Assembly (NCBI GenBank): GCA_965261065.1
Contig: OZ253444.1
Span: 3,708,990 to 3,772,989, forward strand
DNA length: 64,000 nucleotides
Direction of reading: 5' to 3'
Source of the DNA: Bryobacterales bacterium
Lineage (GTDB): Bacteria > Acidobacteriota > Terriglobia > Bryobacterales > UBA6623
A program made the translations under genes and the position numbers. Numbering within the stretch: position 1 is the stretch's first letter; each line of letters begins with the position of its first letter. Shown here piece after piece: positions 19,937-25,514 of the stretch. The notes below the pieces were generated by a model, which was not told where the DNA came from, searched no databases, and worked only from the letters and a program-made list of their open reading frames with translations.

Positions 19937-20337
19937 CGAGGAGAATTTGCTTTTTTTCTGTTAAAAGGAGAAACGAAGAGTTTCATCGACGCTGTGCGGT
20001 GTCACGAGCGGCCCGCCGGTACTCGCCTGTTGGGGACTACGCGAAGGAGTTTGCTGGGAGTTTCCTGGGAAATTTCTGATGCGTCCGTATCTCTGTTTCG
20101 AGGCCGGCGGGCCTGAAAACCCAAACTGAATCTTCCGCGACGGTCCCCCGGCCGGTACGGTGGGGCGACCCGATGCGCGCACATGGATGTCTGGTCACGT
20201 GACTCGTTGACCTTGCGACTTGATTCGCAAAAACGCTCGGGCTGCGAAGCGTCACTGCTGAAGACAACGCCCCCGCTGACGGGAGGATTCGGATGACTGC
20301 GTCCATCCTTGACAGATACCTATCATGGATGTCCCCT
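19937..20337 (+). ncRNA. Candidate bridge/seek RNA region of the IS1111-like element
   Basis: About 400 nt of non-coding DNA between the transposase stop and the inferred right end, with GC-rich hairpins (for example GGCCGGCGGGCC). By analogy only; no structural model was computed. Confidence 0.3.
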
Positions 20338-22034
20338 CGCTTCGAAACGGTAGGCACGGTCGAGGGCTACAGCGAGTTGGATCTTTATCTGATGGGCTTG
20401 CGCACGCCGGACGAAGTGACCCCGACGTTCCTCGTCGAGAACCCCCGCAACTTCGTGGGCGGCACACGTTCGGCGGCCAGCACACCGAGCACCGGTATCG
20501 GCTTCAACGGCGACCACACCGAAGTCAGCGTCGACATGGTGATCGGCGCGGAAGGCCGGCGGGTTCCCGACTCGACCGTCTCGCAGCGGCGTTTCAATTT
20601 CGCGTTCATTTTGCTGGTTGCCGTGGGCGCCGAACCTTCCGCGGCCGACCTCGCGAAGCTCGACCGCATCCGAACCGAATGGGAGCCCTTCTTCGAAGCC
20701 GCTATGGAAGATCGGGCGGCGGCCGAGACGACCCTGCGACGCATGCTGCACCTTTCGACTTGGCCCGCCTCGGGCGTGCTGCTCGGAGGAACTGGGAGCG
20801 CAACTCTTGACGTCGCGGCGGCTCCGCCGGCGGACCTCGACATCATGCTGTCCACCGATAACGGCGGCGTGACGGTCCCCGCGGTGGTGACGATTCCGCG
20901 CGGCGCGGCTTCGGTGTCGTTTCCCGTGGAGGGCGTCGCGGCGGGCGTCACCCTGCTAACGGCTCGGGCGGACGCCCCCGGCTTCGACACGGCGCAGGCG
21001 CGGGTCGAGGTGCGCGACGATCCCGGCACGTTGCGGCTCGACGTGGTCTCGGGCGGCGACCAGACCGGCGGACTGGGCGGTGACTTGACGGAGCCGGTGA
21101 CGCTTCGGGTGGTCGATGACAACCGGCTTCCCTACGCCGGCGTGGCCGTTCGATTGGAAACCGGCCGGGACGGCGTGGCGACCCCGGCCTTGGCGGTGAC
21201 GGACGAACGCGGGGAGGTGAGCATCGCCTGGCGGCTGGCAACCGAGGGCGAAAACAACAGCCTCATAGCCCGGCTCGACGCCGCGCCGTCGGTCCGTCTG
21301 GTCGTGCTTGCCCGAGCGGTCGGGCCGCAGCCGGTGTTTGCGGCCGATGCGGTGGTGAACGCCGCGGGTTTTAATCTTGGCCCCTCGGCGGTCAACGTGG
21401 CGATCTCGCCCGGCGGACTTGTCTCGATCTTCGGCGTGGGGCTGGCGATTGAAGAGGCGGTTGCGACAGCCTTCCCGCTGCCCACGGTGCTTGGGTCGAC
21501 CTCGGTGACGGTCAACGGCGTGCCGGCGCCGCTGCTGTTTGCCTCGCCCGGCCAGATCAATTTGCAGATCCTCTTCGGCGTGCTGGGGGACACCATCGAA
21601 ATCGTGATTTCGAACCCGGCCGGGATGAGCGACGCGATCATCATTCCGGTCGGGGCCGTGCAGCCGGGAATCTTCTTTGATCCTGCGACGGGCTTGGGCG
21701 CGATTGTCAACAACGATGACGGCACGGTGGTCTGGGAACGCCCGGCGCGCGCCGGCGGCATCGTCGTGATCTTCTGCACCGGCCTCGGCGCGGTCGACCC
21801 GGCGGGACAGACGGGCTTACCCGCCCCCACCGATCCACCGGCCGAGACGCTACTGCCGGTGGAAGTGCGGGTGGGCGGACGAGCGGGGACGGTGTTCTTC
21901 AGCGGCCTGGCGCCCTTCTTCGCGGGGCTCTATCAGGTCAACGTGATTCTGCCCGGCGACCTCCCCCCGGGCAGGTACGTGCTCGTCATCACCGTCGGCG
22001 GCCTCACCAGCAACGAAGTGTTCATCGATGTCGA

Positions 22035-22508
22035 GTGAGCACCAGCTACGATGAACGGATGCCTTTCTTCCGGCCGCAACTCCTTGCCGTAGGCGCCCTG
22101 GCCCCCGACTTCTCGTTGGCCGACGACGAAGGCCACGAGACGAAGCTGGCGGATCTTCGTGGGCGGCCGGTGGTGCTGGTCTTCTATCCGATGGACGAGA
22201 CGCCCCACTGCCGCACGCAGCTCTGCCAACTGCGAGATGGCTGGGCGGCGTTTGAAGGAAAAGGCGTGGCGGTCTTCGGGGTCAATCCGGGCAAGGCCGA
22301 GAGCCACCGGAAATTCCGGTCGCGCCATGACTTTCCGTTTCCGCTTCTCGTCGACGAGGGCAAGAGGGTCGCCGGGCTTTACGGAGCGGGCGGCGTCTTC
22401 ATCAAGCGCTGCGTCTATGGGATCGGCGCGGATGGCGCGATCGTTTTCGCCGAAGCGGGCATGCCCGCGCCCGAGAAGATCCTCGACGCCGTCGGTCGCG
22501 CCGGCTAG
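22035..22508 (+). CDS. bcp: Thiol peroxidase, Bcp/AhpC-TSA family
   Basis: 157-aa ORF. VLVFYPMDETPHCRTQLCQL contains the peroxidatic Cys context. The true start is possibly the ATG at 22062. Confidence 0.85.
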   Translation: MSTSYDERMPFFRPQLLAVGALAPDFSLADDEGHETKLADLRGRPVVLVFYPMDETPHCRTQLCQLRDGWAAFEGKGVAVFGVNPGKAESHRKFRSRHDFPFPLLVDEGKRVAGLYGAGGVFIKRCVYGIGADGAIVFAEAGMPAPEKILDAVGRAG

Positions 22509-22627
22509 AGGTACCGCGGGCCTCCTGGCCTGCAAGGTCGGAATCCTAATCCTTGCCGGCCTCTTCTCCCCCGATCTGAAGCGGTCCCTAGGAGCACCGC
22601 TGCCACCGTTCTCGCGCTGGACAGCAG

Positions 22628-22915
22628 CTATCGGCGGGGGCGGCGCGCCCGTGGCTTGACCGTGTCGTTCGACCGCGCTTCGTTGACGCGCAGTACCTTG
22701 TCGTCGATGGGAGCGCGGTTGAAGCGCTTGACCATGGCCTTGAGGTCGTCGTCGGAGGCGGCCTCGACGAAGGCGAAACCCTTCGACTCCTGGGTCTCGA
22801 AGTCGCGGATGACTTTCACGTCATCGTAGACAATCTGCTCACTATTGAGCCACTCTTCGATCTCTTCAGCGGTGACCCACGCCGGGAGATTACCCATGAA
22901 AACCGTCCGGCCCAT
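22628..22915 (-). CDS. RRM-type RNA-binding protein
   Basis: 95-aa ORF. RNP2-like VFMGNL and RNP1-like KGFAFVEA, with a basic C-terminal tail. Confidence 0.85.
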   Translation of the reverse strand: MGRTVFMGNLPAWVTAEEIEEWLNSEQIVYDDVKVIRDFETQESKGFAFVEAASDDDLKAMVKRFNRAPIDDKVLRVNEARSNDTVKPRARRPRR

Positions 22916-22991
22916 GCAGTTGGTCCTTGATTGGCGTTAACTGATTAGCCGCTATTATTCCAGGACTTGTGATGGAAAGCAATGCCCCGAA

Positions 22992-23095
22992 AACCGAGCC
23001 GTGACCGTCAGGGAGCGGTACGGCACGAACTCTCATTCCCCTCGGTAGTCTCTAGAACCGAACGGCATTCGGCCCAAGAATGTCCTGAAACCACT
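22992..23095 (+). repeat. REP-like AACCGAGCCGTGACCGT repeat joined to a partial copy of the foldback arm
   Basis: aaccgagccgtgaccgtcagggagcggtacggcacgaactc ... ctctagaaccgaacggcattcggcccaagaatg aligns by eye with the reverse complement of 25250-25385. Confidence 0.6.
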
Positions 23096-23191
23096 CAGCC
23101 CTAACCTGGCGCCCTTGAAGGAGGTCACCGAGGCAGTCCGTGGGCCGGCCATGACTGCCCGGAGTCGCTCCACTTTGCTACGATTCACGCG

Positions 23192-24616
23192 ATGAGAACG
23201 TCGCGTCGTAAATCTCCTGTAGCCATCTCTTTGCAGATTGCCTACACTCCGATTGCTTGCACTGTGCGTCGAACCTTCCGGTGGGCGATCCCGGCGCGCG
23301 GGCACGGCAAGCCGTGCCCCTACCTTTTGGCGGCGGCCCTGGCCTTGGCAAGTTGCGCGGGCCCCTGGGACGTCCCTGATGAGGCCGGCCCGCCTCTCAT
23401 CTCGATCGTCGGCGCCAAGCTTATCGACGGCAGCGGCGTCGAGCCCATCGCCGATTCGGTCGTGGTGATCGAAGGGACGCGGATTCGCTCGACGGGTTCC
23501 CGCGCCGATACGCCCGTGCCGAAGGGGTCCGAGATCGTCGACGGCATCGGCAAGACCGTCATCCCCGGCCTGGTCGAGCTGCACGCCCACTACTTCGGCG
23601 ACCGCGCGGAGATGGAGCGTCTGCTCAAGACGCAACTCCGCTTCGGCGTGACGACCACCCGCAGCATCGGCGCCGACAAGGACGAGCACCTGGCGGTGAT
23701 AGCCGACGCGCGCGCCGGGAGGGTTCCGTCGCCTCGCATCTTGACCGCCGGGCGTGGCTTCACGCATCCCGACGGCCACCCGGCTCAACTGCCCTTCGTG
23801 CGGCGGCCGGCGTCGGTGGACGAAGCGCGCGCGGGCGTCGACGAACTGGCCTCGCAGAAGGTCGACTTCATCAAGATGTGGGTGGAGTCGAAGAACGGCA
23901 CGCTGCCGAAGATCACCGAAGAGATGCGCGCGGCGATCGTCGAAGCGACCGGCAAGCGCCACATCCCGGTCGTGGCGCATGTTTTCGACGAGGCCGATCT
24001 ACGCCAGCTCTTGGACCTCGGCGTGCGCGACTTCCTGCATTCGATTCGCGATACCGAGATCGACGCCGCGTTGGTGGCGCGGTTGAAAGAGCAGAACGCC
24101 ACGTTCACGCCGACGCTGACCGTGGCCGAGCGCGCGTGGTATTTCGCCGAGCATCCCGAGGACTTGGACGACCCCGAGGTGCGGGCGTCGCTCAAGCCGG
24201 ATCTTCTCGAGGACATCCTCAAGCCCGAGACGCGCGAAGCGTTGCTGGCCGACCCCGCCCTCCCGCGCCTCAAGGCCGAATATGAGCGCGCCGAGCGTTT
24301 CGTCAAGGCGCTTTCGGAGGCGGGTGTGCGCGTGGGCGCTGGGTCCGACAGCGGGGCGGGGGTGATCCCGACCGGCTGGGGGACGCACCACGAGCTGCAA
24401 TTGCTGGTCGCTGCGGGCTTGAGCCCGATGCAAGCGGTCAAGGCCGCGACCGGCGACGCCGCCGAACTGCTGGCCGACGGCGAGAGCGACTACGGCACGA
24501 TCGTCGCGGGCAAGATCGCCGACCTGCTGGTGCTCGACGCCGATCCGCTCGACGACATCAGCAACACCCGCAAGATTGATCGAGTGATGCAGACCGGGAA
24601 GTGGCTTGAACGTTAA
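23192..24616 (+). CDS. Amidohydrolase-family metallo-hydrolase, probable lipoprotein
   Basis: 474-aa ORF. Lipobox-like LALASCAG, VIPGLVELHAHY (metal-binding HxH) and a C-terminal ADLLVLDADPL motif. Start uncertain. Confidence 0.8.
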   Translation: MRTSRRKSPVAISLQIAYTPIACTVRRTFRWAIPARGHGKPCPYLLAAALALASCAGPWDVPDEAGPPLISIVGAKLIDGSGVEPIADSVVVIEGTRIRSTGSRADTPVPKGSEIVDGIGKTVIPGLVELHAHYFGDRAEMERLLKTQLRFGVTTTRSIGADKDEHLAVIADARAGRVPSPRILTAGRGFTHPDGHPAQLPFVRRPASVDEARAGVDELASQKVDFIKMWVESKNGTLPKITEEMRAAIVEATGKRHIPVVAHVFDEADLRQLLDLGVRDFLHSIRDTEIDAALVARLKEQNATFTPTLTVAERAWYFAEHPEDLDDPEVRASLKPDLLEDILKPETREALLADPALPRLKAEYERAERFVKALSEAGVRVGAGSDSGAGVIPTGWGTHHELQLLVAAGLSPMQAVKAATGDAAELLADGESDYGTIVAGKIADLLVLDADPLDDISNTRKIDRVMQTGKWLER

Positions 24617-24677
24617 CGCAGCCCGTTCGCATGGCGAGCCAACCCTGAGATGCAAGGCCGCGATGACTGCCAAGGCA

Positions 24678-25322
24678 CTAGAACCGAGACAACGTTCGGT
24701 GTTCAAGAATCTTACCTGCTGAGAATAGGGCACTTACAGACCTCTTCCTTTAGAAACTCGAACCGAGAACGAAACCGAGCCCCGAACGCGAGTGAGGGGT
24801 AAATCCGCCCGAGTGCAAACCAGAACGCCCGTCCCACCTCCGGATTCCCACTCCCCGTCCTGGTCAGTCACAGAATTTCAAAAACAATTTCCCTCATCCT
24901 TTCAAACACTTACCCTCCAGCCACCCCGCCGCCCCGACCATCGGCCCTTACACTAGAAGCGAGGAAAGCGAACGGGAGATTCGTCGCCCCAACAGGACAG
25001 CCGGTGCAGCACTCCAACCCCAAACCCGGGTTCCCGATTCACGCCGTTGCTGTAAGAGGCGACCCACGACGTAGGAACCTAAAGGATATTTAAGATCTCC
25101 GCGAAAACCGCGACAAATCCTGACAAACCCTGCCAAATCCTGACACGCTTCGGAAGCGTCCGCCGGCCGGGGCTCTCAACCGTAATGGGCGGGCGGATTT
25201 ACCCCTCACTGGCGTTCGGGACTCCGTTCGGACACGGTGCGGGTTTCTAAAGGAAGAGGTCTGTTGGTGCGCGATTCTCAGCAGACGGGATTGTTGAACG
25301 ACGAACGTTGTGTCGGTTCTAG
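24678..25322. repeat. 645-bp foldback element: ~133-bp inverted arms around a 378-bp core
   Basis: Arm 24678-24811 and the reverse complement of 25190-25322 align end to end (ctagaaccgaGacaacgttcg... to ...gtgaggggtaaatccgcccg), roughly 80% identical by eye. Confidence 0.8.
24858..25147 (-). repeat. E-module copy a (~290 bp; candidate MITE or ncRNA gene)
   Basis: Shares long conserved blocks with 41535-41828: GTCACAGAaTTTCAAAAACAATTTCC, GACCATCGGCCCTTACACTAGAAGCGAGGAAAGC and AAACCGCGaCAAATCCTGaCA. Two 20-bp direct repeats sit at one terminus. Confidence 0.7.
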
Positions 25323-25341
25323 TACCTTCCGAGGGTCGCGG

Positions 25342-25383
25342 GAGTTCGTGCCGGACCGCTCCCTTACGGTCACGGCTCGGTTT
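25342..25383 (-). repeat. REP-like AACCGAGCCGTGACCGT repeat (inverted copy)
   Basis: The reverse complement reads aaaccgagccgtgaccgtaagggagcggtccggcacgaactcc. Confidence 0.65.
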
Positions 25384-25443
25384 CGGGGCGCCGGTGGTTT
25401 GAGCGGGTCAGTCGCTCTGAGGGGCGAGGGGCGCGGCATCGGC

Positions 25444-25449
25444 TATAAT
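25444..25449 (+). promoter_or_regulatory. Candidate -10 box upstream of the TIR gene
   Basis: Perfect TATAAT 66 nt upstream of the ATG at 25515 in otherwise GC-rich DNA. No convincing -35 box. Confidence 0.25.
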
Positions 25450-25514
25450 CGCAGCCAAGCGAAACGCGCGCCTATCCGCTGGAAATATGGCGGATTCGGC
25501 CGGCGCTTTGCGGC

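Larger units (their letters stand above)
18805..20337 (+). mobile_element. IS110-family (IS1111-like) insertion sequence; boundaries approximate
   Basis: Contains the transposase ORF. Subterminal inverted repeats GAATCCTCCCGGGGGC (18838-18853) and GCCCCCGCTGACGGGAGGATTC (20269-20290). A long (~400 bp) non-coding 3' end. No TSD is expected for this family. Ends are inferred from where native-looking coding sequence stops and resumes. Confidence 0.6.
17440..22038 (+). pseudogene. Secreted HExxH metalloprotease-like protein with Ig-like and TIGR03437-like C-terminal domains, split by an IS110-family element
   Basis: 5' part 17440-~18804 has a signal peptide and HEAGHRF. 3' part ~20338-22038 has YSELDLYLMGL, an Ig-like repeat and a C-terminal ...GLAPFFAGLYQVNVILPGDLPPGRYVLVITVGG module. 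Both parts use the same codon phase. Confidence 0.7.

Noticed and set aside
24940-24975. RNase P-like GAGGAAAG motif (AGAAGCGAGGAAAGCGAACGGG) in the E-module.
   Set aside because: It lacks the GAGGAAAGUCCGGGC P4 context. The element is only ~290 nt, is multi-copy and has a diverged middle, which is not consistent with RNase P RNA.
25081-25147. A sigma54-type promoter in the TGGCA-N6-TGGCA repeats of the E-module (also 41790-41828 and 6780-6810).
   Set aside because: The GG-to-GC spacing is 11 nt because of the 10-11-bp repeat period, one short of the strict -24/-12 spacing. The -12 element is TGGCA or TGTCA rather than TTGCW.
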